Source: Octopus bimaculoides (lineage: Eukaryota). Taken from it: a stretch of 64,000 nt of DNA. Each line of letters begins with the position of its first letter. Positions within the stretch are counted from its first letter, which is position 1. A program made the translations under genes and the position numbers. Of this stretch, positions 49,382 through 62,498 are shown piece after piece. The stretch covers positions 48,293,607 through 48,357,606 of the forward strand of contig NC_068989.1 of assembly GCF_001194135.2 (NCBI RefSeq), written 5' to 3'. The notes under the pieces are model-generated. The model did not search any database. It saw only the letters and a program-made list of their open reading frames with translations, and was not told the DNA's origin.

Positions 49382-51170
49382 CAGTAGGCCCCTGGTATTC
49401 GCGGGAGTTACATTCCTAGAGCACCCACCTGCAAATAGTGTAAAACCGCGAATATTAGACGCGGTCCATAAAAATGCCTATAAATGTTAAAATATACAGT
49501 AAGATATTATAAGTATACATATGTGTATATTTATATATATTTAATGATAATTTAATAAAAAATAAAGCAAAATGCACAGTTATTCACCAATAATGAATGA
49601 TATTGATTTAAGACAATGATGACAAAAATAATGAAAGTAATGACTGCACAGCAAAGTAGATTTAAAGCTCTTCAGGTGTTCTAGGGGATGTTGTACCTTT
49701 ATGCAAGGCTTTCTTGGTGGGGTTGAGGAACATTGTGATGGGATGTTGCTGTCATTGTTTCTTCATGGTGGTGAGGAGAGTTTTATATGTCTGTATGGCA
49801 GCATCAATGGCATTTTTAAATTAGAGAGACCAAACCATATAGGGATCTCATGCTTCCACCTTCCCTTGCAATTCCTTTTCTGTTCTTAAAAGGTCGGACA
49901 GACGTTTGATTGCTAGGTTCACCTCATCCTCCTCTTCCTCAGGATCTGGTGCTTCCTCCTCTTCACTGGCAGATTTCCTTAACTCCAACAAATCTTCGTC
50001 TGTTTCAGAGTGGGCATCGATGACGTCGTTGACCTCATCTTGTGTGATGTTGTCAAAACCTTCACCACCAAGTACCTTTGCCAGTTTCATTGCATTGTTG
50101 ACAGCTACATGCTGAATATCTTCAGGTGAGAAGCTTTCATAGTCAGGGACACACTCTGGCCTCACCTTCTTCCAGCATGCGATGAGGGTTTCTCTTCTCA
50201 TGTCATTAAGAGTAGCATGGATGACTGACAGGCATGTTGTGACCGTGAAGTTACACCAGTACTCCTTTAACTTGAAATTGTTATTTGAATCCATTGCATC
50301 CACAAGGTATTGGAGAGAGTTCCAAGTGTAAAGTGCCTTGAAGGCACGGATCACGCCTTGTTCCACAGGCTGGATGAGGGAGGTGGTGTTGGCAAAGAGT
50401 GACCACCAGCATTATCCATAACAAGCAACACCTTGAATTTCATGCAAACATTTTGGAGATATTCCTTGGCTTGAAGGATGAAGCATTGGTGGAACCAATT
50501 CAAAATTAAACTTTTGGTAATCCAGTCCTTGGAGTTGTGCATCCTGTGGACAGGCAGCAGGTTTTTATTTTTATTTTTGAAGGCCCTTGGGTTTGCGGAC
50601 TTGTAGATAAGTCCCGGTTTCACCATGAAGCCAGCAGCATTGCCACACATAATTAGCATCTTTCTGTTCCTTAAATCCTGGGGCTCTAGCTTCATCCTTC
50701 ATGATGTACATCCTGGAAGGCATTTTCTTCCAGAACAAACCAGTCTCATCCATATTGAAAACCTGTACTGGCTTGTATCCCTTGTGTTCAATGATCTGCC
50801 TAAAGGTCTCAAGGTACTTCTCGGCGGCTTGTTTGCCAGCTGATGCTGCCTTCTATGCAGGGAAACACACTTTATTTTAAACAGTTTCTGGAATCGGTCA
50901 AACCATCCCTTGCTGGTTTGAAAATCTTCGGGCTCCCATACTGTCAATGGTCTTGGTTGCAGTACTTCAGTGCTTTCTGCTTTGTCGAACTACTGGTATA
51001 ATTTCAGTGCTTTCTTGCAGATGATGTTATCACTCAAGATGATGCTTTGCAGTCACTGATCCACAATGCCAAGGCAGATTCCATCCTGATGAAGTGCTTA
51101 TTTCTCACCATCGTTATCTTTTTGGCACATTCACAGAAACTTTGGTGTATGGCAGGAAGAAATCAAACAA
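49382..51170 (-). mobile_element. Tigger/pogo (TIGD1-like) transposon remnant
   Basis: KGWFDRF, NMDETGLFWKKMPSR, CGNAAGFMVKPGLIY, LVMDNAGGH, IQPVEQGVIRAFKALY; TA+cagtaggcccctggtattcgcggg terminus; frameshifted. Confidence 0.9.
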
Positions 51171-53439
51171 ACTTTTATAGTAGTAGTAGTGGTAGTAGTA
51201 GTAGTAGTAGTAGTTTGGGCGGCATCTTAGTGCTTTAATAACACGCCACAAAAAAACACAGCACTCAACAAAATAACGGAGATAGCTACTGGATGCAGAT
51301 TTTCCAAAAAAAAAAGCCTACAAAAAATTCTTCATTGCATCTAATATGCACATACCACCAATGAGAGATTGAGTAGAGATTAAAAATAATCATGATTTTG
51401 AAAAATTTTGTTTGTATTACCACTAGATATAGTAATCTATACTATAATAATGATAATAATAATAATGTGAGAGAGAGAGAGAGAGGGACCAGCAAGTAAC
51501 CTAATTTCAATGAGTCTATATTGGCTCATGACTTTAAAAATTATCCTGTTGAAATAATGTGCATGATCAAATGTAGTGATGATTTAAAAGGAGTGCTGGT
51601 ATAAAATTAACTTTCAGTCTTGTGTTGTAAGCTGATAAATACGGAATATTTTTATTAATAATTTAGCCTTAAAAAGTGTGAGAAACTATATATATCGCCA
51701 CAAAAAAGTCATAAGAAATCGCAGACAATAATTATGATTCTGCGAATATTTGTACAGACAGATGCAGTTATGTGTTTTGACAATTTTTTAAAAGCTTCAC
51801 GGGAGTAGGTAAGTTCTTGTGTTTCCCAGTTATCAAAAGGTCACATAACCTTGAACTGTATGACTAACTTACTGAATATTTTATTCATAGAATGTTGCAA
51901 TTGTTTAATTTAAAGACATTAGTGACACAATGATATAAATGAATAAAGCAAAAAATTAATAAATTAATTAAACAAAGACAAACCAAGCTATTTTTTTCAA
52001 TCCAGACTGAGAGTGAATACCCAGTTGGATGAGTTTCTCTTTATTTCCTCCAGCCTCATACATGATGTGGAATGGACTTGAATATAGCACAATAAAATAA
52101 CAAGTCATTCAAGAATTATACTGTGATTTTATGGAATGAAAAATTAGATAGCATGTACTTCCATAAATTTACTTCATGTGAGCTTCGGTGTCCATGGAGA
52201 GCATAGACAAATTTCTTTCTCAAAGTCTTGTTATCCTCTCCACACAGAAACTGCTGTAATATTGAATTGTGACCTCTGGCAGATAACTAATGAACTCTGT
52301 TGCCCAACAGTATGCTTCTAATTACAAAATCTATCTTAATGAATGTTAGATCATGGATAACTTCTGATTTGTCTGGAAAATGTCAACAGCAAAGGAAATG
52401 TATTTCATGTTTCGTCTGTACACTATCTTTGAATAAGAATGACATAACTCTGCATTTAAAATCCCTTAACTTGAGTTAATCATTATCAGCAAACATTTTT
52501 TGATCTGTGATTAAGAGGGTTCATTGATTTTGTTACTGCTAATGTCAGCAGGATGAGGGCCCTGAATCAGCCGAACTGCATTTGTTTTGGAAATGTAACT
52601 TCTACATTGAAGATCGTCTTTTTTTAAGTAAGGATTTTTTCCAATTCCTGATTACAATGCAGCTCAGCTACTTGTTCTCAAGAACCTGTCACAGCACAGT
52701 CAACCTCATCACTACTTACAGCTTATAAATCAGAACTTGTTGAGTCTGTAAATAAACCTTACCAAAATATTTAAGATTTACCAATTTACCAATGCTGGTA
52801 CTTTGAAACTCTTGGGATTTGAAGAATATTCATCATATTTTGTGGCCACAGCAATCTGCTTTGCAAGAGTGAATCAACACATTGTTTATAAAAGTTTTTG
52901 TTTTAAAGAATGACAAAATGTCTGTTGACACAAAAAAAAATCACTGGCTTTTGTTGATATACATAGGAAGATGATAAAAAGTAGAAATGTAGAAAAACTT
53001 ATTAAATATTACCGAAAATAAAAGAGACATGAAACAAAGCAAATCTATACAAGTTGTTTTGTTAGTACTTATCTTATGGTTCTTGTATAACATACAGACT
53101 CTGAGTAAGCATACTAGTTAGCATTTGTTCCATATCGGTCATTGACATTTGTCACAGAAATATTTTAACCTCACCTAAAGAAACAAAACACATCATGACT
53201 TCTGTGAAATTAAATTCATGATCATGAAATGAATGAGATATTTATGGGTCACATCAAGATTCATTTCTGTGAGCTTGGGCAAGGTTATAAGCAAAAAAAG
53301 ATTAATGAATGAAGATGCAAACAAAAGAAAAGGTTGAAGTAAATATGAAAAGCATGACAAAGCCAGAACAGTGAAAAAGAAGCAGACTAGGCTAGGAAGT
53401 GCTAATAATCTGTAGATGATTTAAGTTTATCAATCAATA

Positions 53440-54986
53440 TCTATAAAACACAAGATGTTTGTGTGTGTGTGTACGTGATGTGGGTTATGCACGTCCACAA
53501 ATTAGCACGCATGTCGCTCCAATTTTAAGAGAACATTGTTCATGACCCTATCTGTGTTTTTGTCAACTTTTTCTCAGAGAGGCACCCGCGTATAGCTGTA
53601 AAAATCGATAAACTTTTACCAATTTTGAAGTTTGTTGACATGGCGAAGTCAAATCTGTGCGTACGCGCGTGAAGGAGAGAGAGAGNNNNNNNNNNNNNNN
53701 NNNNNNNNNNNNNNNNNNNNNNNNNNNNNNNNNNNNNNNNNNNNNNNNNNNNNNNNNNNNNNNNNNNNNNNNNNNNNNNNNNNNNNNNNNNNNNNNNNNN
53801 NNNNNNNNNNNNNNNNNNNNNNNNNNNNNNNNNNNNNNNNNNNNNNNNNNNNNNNNNNNNNNNNNNNNNNNNNNNNNNNNNNNNNNNNNNNNNNNNNNNN
53901 NNNNNNNNNNNNNNNNNNNNNNNNNNNNNNNNNNNNNNNNNNNNNNNNNNNNNNNNNNNNNNNNNNNNNNNNNNNNNNNNNNNNNNNNNNNNNNNNNNNN
54001 NNNNNNNNNNNNNNNNNNNNNNNNNNNNNNNNNNNNNNNNNNNNNNNNNNNNNNNNNNNNNNNNNNNNNNNNNNNNNNNNNNNNNNNNNNNNNNNNNNNN
54101 NNNNNNNNNNNNNNNNNNNNNNNNNNNNNNNNNNNNNNNNNNNNNNNNNNNNNNNNNNNNNNNNNNNNNNNNNNNNNNNNNNNNNNNNNNNNNNNNNNNN
54201 NNNNNNNNNNNNNNNNNNNNNNNNNNNNNNNNNNNNNNNNNNNNNNNNNNNNNNNNNNNNNNNNNNNNNNNNNNNNNNNNNNNNNNNNNNNNNNNNNNNN
54301 NNNNNNNNNNNNNNNNNNNNNNNNNNNNNNNNNNNNNNNNNNNNNNNNNNNNNNNNNNNNNNNNNNNNNNNNNNNNNNNNNNNNNNNNNNNNNNNNNNNN
54401 NNNNNNNNNNNNNNNNNNNNNNNNNNNNNNNNNNNNNNNNNNNNNNNNNNNNNNNNNNNNNNNNNNNNNNNNNNNNNNNNNNNNNNNNNNNNNNNNNNNN
54501 NNNNNNNNNNNNNNNNNNNNNNNNNNNNNNNNNNNNNNNNNNNNNNNNNNNNNNNNNNNNNNNNNNNNNNNNNNNNNNNNNNNNNNNNNNNNNNNNNNNN
54601 NNNNNNNNNNNNNNNNNNNNNNNNNNNNNNNNNNNNNNNNNNNNNNNNNNNNNNNNNNNNNNNNNNNNNNNNNNNNNAGGTTGTTGGTAAGCTTTCCTAA
54701 GTTACTCCAATCCAGATCCCCAATGCAAACCTTCAGATCAGCCTTCTCCTATGCAGATCTCTAATGCAACATTTAAAAAAAGAGTCAATAAGTGAAAATA
54801 ACCAATAAACTGATTCCTTATGGGATTTCCCAATCAAATTGCCAGCAAACCATTTTCAGCCAAACCAATTTCAACGGATTTCGCTCAAATCTGATGTCGA
54901 TGTTACTTATTTTTGGTTTGAAATAAAGGACTTAATCATTTAATAATCCGAGCTTAATCCCGAGCAGCGCCGGGTTATACTGCTAG
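53440..54986 (+). mobile_element. Non-autonomous Helitron candidate (about 1 kb is N)
   Basis: A|TC 5' end (tctataaaacac..), 3' hairpin cccgagcagcgccggg then CTAG|T, no TSD. Confidence 0.6.
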
Positions 54987-55169
54987 TATACTGTAAAACA
55001 TTCCTATGATTTGAGATGCATAAGCTAGAAAGAATATTTTTATGGTGGAGGAAGGTAAAATGAAGTATGTATGAATAAGCTTGCATATAACAATATAAAA
55101 AGGTATAACTATATAGGTAAAAGATCAGACAGAAAGAGACGGTATGTATGAATACACACACACACAAAA

Positions 55170-55385
55170 GGCAGTGAGCTGTCAGAAACATTAGCACGCT
55201 GAGCAAAATGCTTAGCGGTATTTTGTCTGCTGCTATGTTCTCAGTTCAAATTCCGCCGAGGTCGACTTTGCCTTTCATCCTTTCGGGGTCAATTAAATAA
55301 GTACCAGTTACGCACTGGGATCGATATAATCAACTTAATCTGTTTGTCCCCTCTGTGTGTAGCCCCTTGTGGGTAGTAAAGAAAT
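55170..55385 (+). mobile_element. SINE family A, near full length
   Basis: Similarity to 848-1075. Confidence 0.85.
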
Positions 55386-55658
55386 AACACACACATATCC
55401 ATATATATACATATATGTAAGAGTGACAGGACCAATGAAAGAAAAAGGCACTCAACACATTTAGTAGGAGTTACATGCATTATTATTTTTAAAAGTTTCA
55501 TTCTGTTCCATGTGGCTTAAAGTTTCACAGGTCCCTAACAGAAACTTGTCACTTTCAGGCCTTGATTACCAAATCAGTAATCTAAGCCTGAAAGAGATAG
55601 GTTTCTGCTAGAAGGTCACAAAAGTTTAAGTCACATGGAGTGAAATCAAACTGTTTTA

Positions 55659-55733
<75 letters not shown>

Positions 55734-55762
55734 TATTATAATAACAATAATAATAATAACAT
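55659..55762. repeat. (TAA)n microsatellite
   Basis: Direct reading. Confidence 0.95.
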
Positions 55763-55829
55763 CATTATGATATCATTAATCAGCTTCCCCATGGACTGAT
55801 TAACGATACATCTAGCAATGGTGTCACAA

Positions 55830-58145
55830 AAAAAGAAAAAACACTGGTAATTGCGCAACCTGATAATCGCTACTTCATATGAGTAACAGTGAAAAAGCAA
55901 GATATTGTGAATAACAGTGGTAATGAAACCGAAGCCAATGATTGTGACAGTGTTACACCCGGTAGGCTCAGAGATTCTGGTCTCGCTACAGCCTATCGAT
56001 ATCCAGAAAGGGACCACCACACACGGCATAGATGGAGCAAGCAAATTAATGCTGTGTTCATGGAATGTTACTACCTGTGCAGCCCAGTAGATGAAAATGG
56101 TGCTCAAATTAGGGGTTACCGTCAACATATATATGATCATTGGAGAGAAAATGGATTGTTTCAACTCACGGAACAGAGATTATGTGATCAAGCTAGAACA
56201 ATAAGAAAAAACTGTTCACAGAAGTAGAGCTCGAAGCTATCAAAAGACGGGTCTTGGAAAATAGCAGCAGAAATAACGATGAAAATGCAGTTCTTACTAA
56301 TAAGAGTAATCTCATAGAACTGGAAAGGGGCTGTGGTAGTTTACCTGATGAAAGACATGTAGATGGTCTAAAAGAAGACAATAAAACTAATGGCGACGTG
56401 ACAGATGAACAAAAGGCAATCTACAACAGAATAAAGGCAAGACTACAGGAGAACAATAGCGACATTATTTGGAACCTTAAAAAGGTTGATCGATGGAAAC
56501 TGAACCAATGTCAAGGAAATTCTGAAATGCATCAGAACAAACAACATCACAGAAACAAACAATTTGATCAAGGCAGCAAGTATTATTGTAGCAGAAAACG
56601 TGGGTGTTGATGTCAAGAAAAACAAACATAATGGGAGTGACAAGAGAAAAGACCCATGGTGGAAAAGAAGAATCCAGGCAGAGTTAGACATGCTCTCAAA
56701 GAAATCTCTGTGTTAGACTGAAAAGAGAAAGGGGAACTTAAAAGCAAACAAAAATACAGGGCGCTGAAAAGGAAGTATAATATTGAAAGAAAGTAGTAAT
56801 GGAGGAACTGAAACAGCACCTCGTTGCAAAGATGTTAAGATACGACCAAAGAATGAAGGGTTACCACCAGAATAGGTTATTCAGAGTAGATCAGAAGAGA
56901 TTCTATAAAGAAGTAAATGGAGAGTGTACAGATGAAAAGTTGATACCAGATAACAATGAAAGTCAAAGGTTTTGGAGTGACATCTGAAGCAAAGACAAGG
57001 AACACAAGGAGACTGAATGGTTGCAAGAACTGAAACAAACAGTAGTCTGTCCAAAACAGGCAGAACTAGTCATTTCAGTTAGGGAAGTGAAGGAAATCAG
57101 CAAAAAAATGAGCAACTGGAAGGCCCCGGGACCAGATGGAGTTCAAGGCTATTGGAACAAAAGATTTGGTGAATGACATGCACGAATAGCTGTGCAGCTC
57201 AACACCTTGTTAAACGCCAACCAAGTAACACCAGAGTGGTTGACATTGGGTAGGACAGTGCTGTGCCTGAAAAACATTGAAAAAGGCAATACGGTAGACA
57301 ATTACAGGCCGATATCCTGTTTGCCACTTATGTGGAAGTTATTGACAAGAATACTCACAGACTCAATGTACGAACAACTGGAAAAAAATGGAGTCCTGCC
57401 ACATGAGCAGAAGGGTTGCAAGCGTAAGTGCAGAGGTACAAAGGATCAACTCCTGATAGACAAAACTGTACTTAGAGACTGCAAGAGGAGCAAAAGTAAC
57501 TTAGCTATGCCATGGATCGACTATTGTAAGGCGTACAATATGATCCCACATTCTTGGATTATGGAGTGTATTGCATCAAATGTTGAGCGATTGCTTGGAA
57601 AAAGTATGGCAAATTGGAGGACGGACCTGACAGCATACGGAAGAAGTTTAGGGACAGTAGAATTTGGAGGAGCCCCTTCCAAGGGGACTGCCTGTCCCCA
57701 CTGATCTTTGTACTGTGCTTGATATCACTAACACTGATTTTGAGGAAAGCAAAAACTGGGTATGTATTCAAAAGCTGCCAACAAAAAATCAATCATTTGT
57801 TATTCATAGACGACCTCAAACTTTATGGTAAAGATGAAGCCCAACTCAGTTCCCTTGTTGATATGGTGTATACCTTCAGTGCTGATATCAGAATGGAGTT
57901 CAGACTGAGAAAGTGTGGTGTGTAAGTCTTGAAGAGAGGCAAAATCAAATGTATGGGCAAGCTAACAGTACCATCAGGAGAGGTTATGAAGCAGATGGAA
58001 GAGACAGGCTATAAGTACTTGGGGATTTTGGAAATGGATAAACTGATGGAGAAATAAATGACAGAAAAATTTAAGGTGAAGTACTTGCGCAGACTGAGAC
58101 TGATCCTTAAGTTGAAATTAAACGAACGAAATAAGATCTGTAAAA
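55830..58145 (+). mobile_element. R4/Dong-clade non-LTR retrotransposon, 5' region through RT (decayed, 3' truncated)
   Basis: RWSKQINAVFMECYY..GYRQ..TEQRLCDQARTIRKN; DPWWKRRI; NWKAPGPDG; [16 protein letters not shown]; [14 protein letters not shown]; [10 protein letters not shown]; HLLFIDDLKLY; YKYLGILE. Confidence 0.92.
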
Positions 58146-58526
58146 ATTAACACTTCCTTCTCCAAGCCTAGATTCGAGACCTGCTTTGTTGTGAGTGAGC
58201 CAAAGTGTGTTGTTAAGTACGATTGGATTGATACAGGAATAGAAACTACAAATGTCAAACTGGATAAACTTAGTGCATTTCTTGTTATTAATAGAACTAA
58301 ACCAGTCAACCACTTGGAACGAATTTGACCATAATTTAAGCTTTAATTTTTTAACTAAGGTAGGAATATATTTGTCTAGGATATTTTTGCTAACTACACC
58401 GATGTCAGAACTAGAAGGACAAATAAGCCGTAAGGATGGGTTATTAAAAAAATTTTGTTTGTGATCTTTTAAAATAAAATGAGATTGTTTAGGATCAAGG
58501 GGTTCTGTCTTCATCTGTAAGTCATA

Positions 58527-59574
58527 TGCAGCGTACACTTGAGGAAAATTCCTCTCCTCTCTATTATATATACATATGAACGTAGTAGATAACAGCTAGC
58601 CTTTGGCTGCATTTTGGACCCTGTTGTGTCCACTACTCTGATTGGTTGGTATTGGCGCAATTTGTCTCTTGCTCTATCGTGCGCCAATATGCAACCCAAC
58701 CAATCGCAGCTTTCAAATAAGGTCACGTGTGACAGCCTATTTTATACCTCAGTTTGAGCCAACTGCTTCCTATAAAACTCCAGCTTCACATCGTCTCAAT
58801 GTCCTTGGTTCCAGACCTTTTAAGGTCTAGCCACTGACCACACAGGACGCAGTCAGTACCAGCGACAACACAACAGCAGCCACATGGAGACTTATCAACA
58901 TCGTCCAACAGAATTCGATGACCTCCATCTCCATTGCCACCATTCATACTAATGTCAATATCATCTCTCTACGTACACAACAGCCAGTACCTCGCACAGG
59001 TTCTAAGACAGTGTTCGTGAATTACTTCACCCTGGATCAACAGCAAATATACAACCTGCGAGAACTCCTGTACCAAGTGACCCAGGTAGCAGCATCACAG
59101 CCACAACTTCACGTACGACATGTACCTCAACTGGCTCTGCATAGCAGCCACAATTTTACGTACGACATACCTCAACCAGCTCTGTATCATCGCCACAACT
59201 TCTTAATACAGCATTTCAACTATCGTGTACAATTGACTACGAACTGATATTTATCATTCTTGTGTCTATGAACATTCTTCTAACTTCATATTATAGACTC
59301 ATTCAATGCTCGGTACTTAACGCACATGTATATACCTATGTCTATACACACACACTTTGTTCTCATGATGGCCTGTCTATTATTGGGTAAACATGACACG
59401 CACACAGTCACACATGTTAACATATCAATAAAGTCTTCTCTTAGACATTCTACCCGGTTGCGTCACTCTTTTTCCTCTGGCTCATATATGCATTTATTCT
59501 TTTATATTTATTGTATCGACCGTGTGATGTACTAAGGAGCCATTCTTGTCACCTCACTTCACACGGTCGTTACA
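58527..59574 (+). mobile_element. Solo LTR (1048 bp), probably Gypsy-type
   Basis: TG(cagcg)...(cgtta)CA termini, 4-bp TSD CATA at 58523-26 and 59575-78, host reading frame restored on excision. Orientation inferred from TATAAAA (58771) and AATAAA (59427). Confidence 0.8.
58638..58777 (+). promoter_or_regulatory. LTR promoter-like module: paired inverted CCAAT boxes and TATA box
   Basis: gattggttgg..tattggcgca / tgcgccaata..ccaaccaatc, then TATAAAA at 58771-58777. Confidence 0.45.
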
Positions 59575-59967
59575 CATATTTCTCCATAATTTTCTTAGCT
59601 ACAAGATTGGCTTTCCTGATTGCACTTTTACTAGTAATCCTATAATTCTTTTGAATTTCTTTTCTATGTAATTCTAGGTAATAGTCCTTGGTAAGCCTGT
59701 ACAGGTTTCCTGTTTTATCCGATTGAACTAGTATCTCATCCATGCTGTGAATTTCTTTGGTGATATTAGGAAGATACCTCAGATGTTTATTCCTTAAGGG
59801 TGAACGGTGGGATTTCACATTCCTCATGATAGATCAGAGATCGTCTTCAAACTGTTTCAATCTTGGGTTAGGTGGAGGATTGTTTTTAGATTTGAACAAT
59901 TTTTTTAATTCAGAAGCTGGATCATTAGAGGGCTGTTTAATATCTTTATGTATGTGTGTGTGTGCTT

Positions 59968-60200
59968 GTGTTATTTCTTTACTACCCACAAGGGGCTACA
60001 CACAGAGGGGACCAACAAGGACAGACAAACAGATCAAGTCGATTATATCGACCCCAGTGCGTAACTGGTACTTATTTAATCGACCCCAAAAGGATGAAAG
60101 GCAAAGTGGACCTCGGCGGAATTTGAACTCTGAACGTAGTGGCAGACAAAATACCACTAAGCATTTCGCCCGGCGTGCTAACGTTTCTGCCAGCTCGCAG
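59968..60200 (-). mobile_element. SINE family A, near full length
   Basis: Reverse complement of the 848-1075 type. Confidence 0.85.
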
Positions 60201-60403
60201 CCTTGGTGTATGTGTGTAAGTGTGTGTCTGTGTTTGTACCCCCACCATTGCTTGACAACCGATGTTGCTGTGTTTACTTCCCCGTAACTTAGCCGCATGG
60301 GAAAACACACCGATAGAACAAGTACTAGGCTTACAAAGAATAAATCCTGGCTGCAGTCACATGACCGAAACAAGTAAACCAATAAAAGACCATGCCATTT
60401 TAA

Positions 60404-60431
60404 TCCCGAGCAATGCTGGGTATATCTGCTA

Positions 60432-60432
<1 letters not shown>
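60404..60432 (+). mobile_element. Helitron 3' terminus
   Basis: cccgagcaatgctgggtatatctgCTAG|T, same family end as 54958-54986. Confidence 0.55.
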
Positions 60433-60509
<77 letters not shown>

Positions 60510-60520
60510 ACTAGTATATA
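60433..60520. repeat. (TA)n microsatellite
   Basis: Direct reading. Confidence 0.95.
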
Positions 60521-60948
60521 TATAAAACCAGTTCACTTCCCATCTTTATCTTATTATAGCTTTCTCTCTCTCCCTTTCTTTCATCAATTCTTAGGTTTAT
60601 ATGAGCATTTCTTTCTGCCACATAAACTTTAATATATTCTCATCTTCCCCTCATTGTCTTAGTTGCTTTTTTCTCCTCCTATACCCTCTGACACTTACAT
60701 AATCATAAATCTTACACTTTCCGTCCTTTTATTCCCTTCCCTCATGCATTATATACTTTCTGCATTGTCACTGCTGTCTGTTGAATGTTTTATATGTAAT
60801 CTTTCAGTATCTACATATCATTATCATTCCTTTTCTGCTTCTTTTCCACAGCTCTTCATGTGTCTTTTCTTTATCTACCTCTTTTACATTCTTATATTTT
60901 TGTATTTATTCTTTCCACCCTCTTTTAACATTCATTTACATTTATATT

Positions 60949-60951
<3 letters not shown>

Positions 60952-61020
<69 letters not shown>
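60952..61020. repeat. (CT)n microsatellite
   Basis: Direct reading. Confidence 0.95.
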
Positions 61021-61025
<5 letters not shown>

Positions 61026-62429
61026 TTCATTCTTCTCCCTGTTTTCTTTCATATATATACCTCTTTGCCTTTCATCCTTTTGGGGTTGATAAAATAAATA
61101 GCAGTCGAACACTGAGGTTGATGTAATCAACTAGCCTCTCTCCCACCAAAATTTCAGGCCCTGTGCCAATAGTAGCAATTGTTAGCGCATTGAACAAAGT
61201 GCTGTAATAACTATTGCTTCTTGTTGGCTGCATATAAGATGATAAACAACACTCATGGACAATTAATAGAAGCTTTATTTACTGCACATATTCAATAATC
61301 TTTTGGTCAAGGGATGAAGAATCTGTGGGTCATTGGGTGAAGAATAAAGACAACAATTTATACACACTGGGAGAGACAACTCTGGAGTTTATGGTAAAAT
61401 AGCTGGTATGTGTAGATCGATGACTGGGCTGTCACAACTAGGAAAATATTGTGTTAAATTCAATGCCAAATTTGTACTTTCAATCTGCAGAGCTGGAGAA
61501 AGGATAAAATGAGAATGAAGTTGTTAAAACAACAGTCTCAACATTCTGAGGTTACCACCAAAAATCCCCCCTTCTATAAGGCTCATTAGAAGGTGCTAGA
61601 CAATCAAAGCACATCATGGCTCAATGCTGATTGGTCAGTTAATTGGCCAGCATTCGCATGGCTGTCCAGTGATTTGGTTTTAAATCTGCTACAATGTTTA
61701 GCAGCATTTCTTCTGGTTTTACATTCAAAGTTCAAATGCCAGCAACTTTACCTTTCATTCTTCCAGGCACAATAAAATAAATATCAGTTGAACACTGGTA
61801 GACATAACTGACTAGCCTCCCTCACACCAAAATTTTAGGCCTTGTGCCTATAGTAAGAAAGGATTCTTAACCTTGTTTTGGATGAAAGGTGGATTAGTAG
61901 AATCACATTACAGCATTGGAAAATGTGAAAATTAATATTTATAAAATTTAAGTTTTAATTTCTTGAAATTATTTCCCCTTTTCTTTAAGAGTAGCTCAGA
62001 TTTGCTGCTAGGTTATTTTTGTTTTCTTCCTCCAACTAAGAAAGTTAAATCAGTCAAAAACTTACTTTTTTCCCTCTGTCATTCATACTTGAATTATCCA
62101 AATTCTTTATATCTACCCACATATGGGTTTTTTTTAGCTCTCCAATCACTTTTCTTAATCATACAAATTACTGTTGGGTAAAAATATCATTAATGACTTT
62201 ATCAAATTTCATATAAGAACCTAAATAACCAGAACTAAATTATTTCAAAATACAATTTTTTGGGACATTTTCTTGACAAGTCTGTATTTTCAGATTTAAG
62301 ATACTGTTATGAAAGCTTGCTTTAGTGCATGGTGGGGAGAGCATAACATAAAAAAGGGTGGGAGGAGACTTGATTAGTAAGAACAAAAGATAAAGAGATT
62401 GTTCATTATCAACATCGTGTTATTTCAAG

Positions 62430-62498
62430 ATGATGGCAGTAACTGTTTCGCGGCATGCAATAGCTGATGACTGTGAACATATTATTGGTTTATTCAAG
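62430..62498 (+). CDS. SAT1/SAT2-like: SAT-like copy 2 (tandem paralogue), coding exon 1 (MMAVTVSRHAIADDCEHIIGLFK)
   Basis: ATG at 62430; 69 nt ending AAG|gtatgt. RHAIADDCEHIIGLF is homologous to RHATVSDCEDIVRLL of copy 1. Confidence 0.85.

Larger units (their letters stand above)
58150..59940 (-). mobile_element. Penelope-like retroelement RT fragment split by a solo LTR
   Basis: SDKTGNLY...KKIMEKY|DLQMKTEPLDPKQSHFILKDHKQNFFNNPSLRLICP...FIQFDICSFY; frame restored by removing the LTR and one TSD. Confidence 0.88.

Noticed and set aside
49848-50947. Possible domesticated TIGD1-like gene
   Set aside because: Multiple frameshifts and stops plus a retained TIR indicate a dead transposon.
51859-51867. 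TATGACTAA, matching the polyamine-responsive element of human SAT1
   Set aside because: About one chance match of this AT-rich 9-mer is expected on two strands of this window, and it is far from either start codon.
57192-57925. Possible active reverse transcriptase
   Set aside because: The frame is broken repeatedly, catalytic motifs are altered (FIDD, KAYN), and the 3' end is truncated.
59515-59570. Hairpin cgaccgtgtga...tcacacggtcg considered as a hammerhead stem
   Set aside because: No CUGAnGA/GAAA core on either strand; it is simply the U5 end of the solo LTR.
62430-62498. Resemblance of DDCEHIIGLFK to the SNAPC1 N-terminus (TDCEALLSRFQ)
   Set aside because: The paralogous exon at 31934 and its four downstream exons show the family is SSAT/GNAT.
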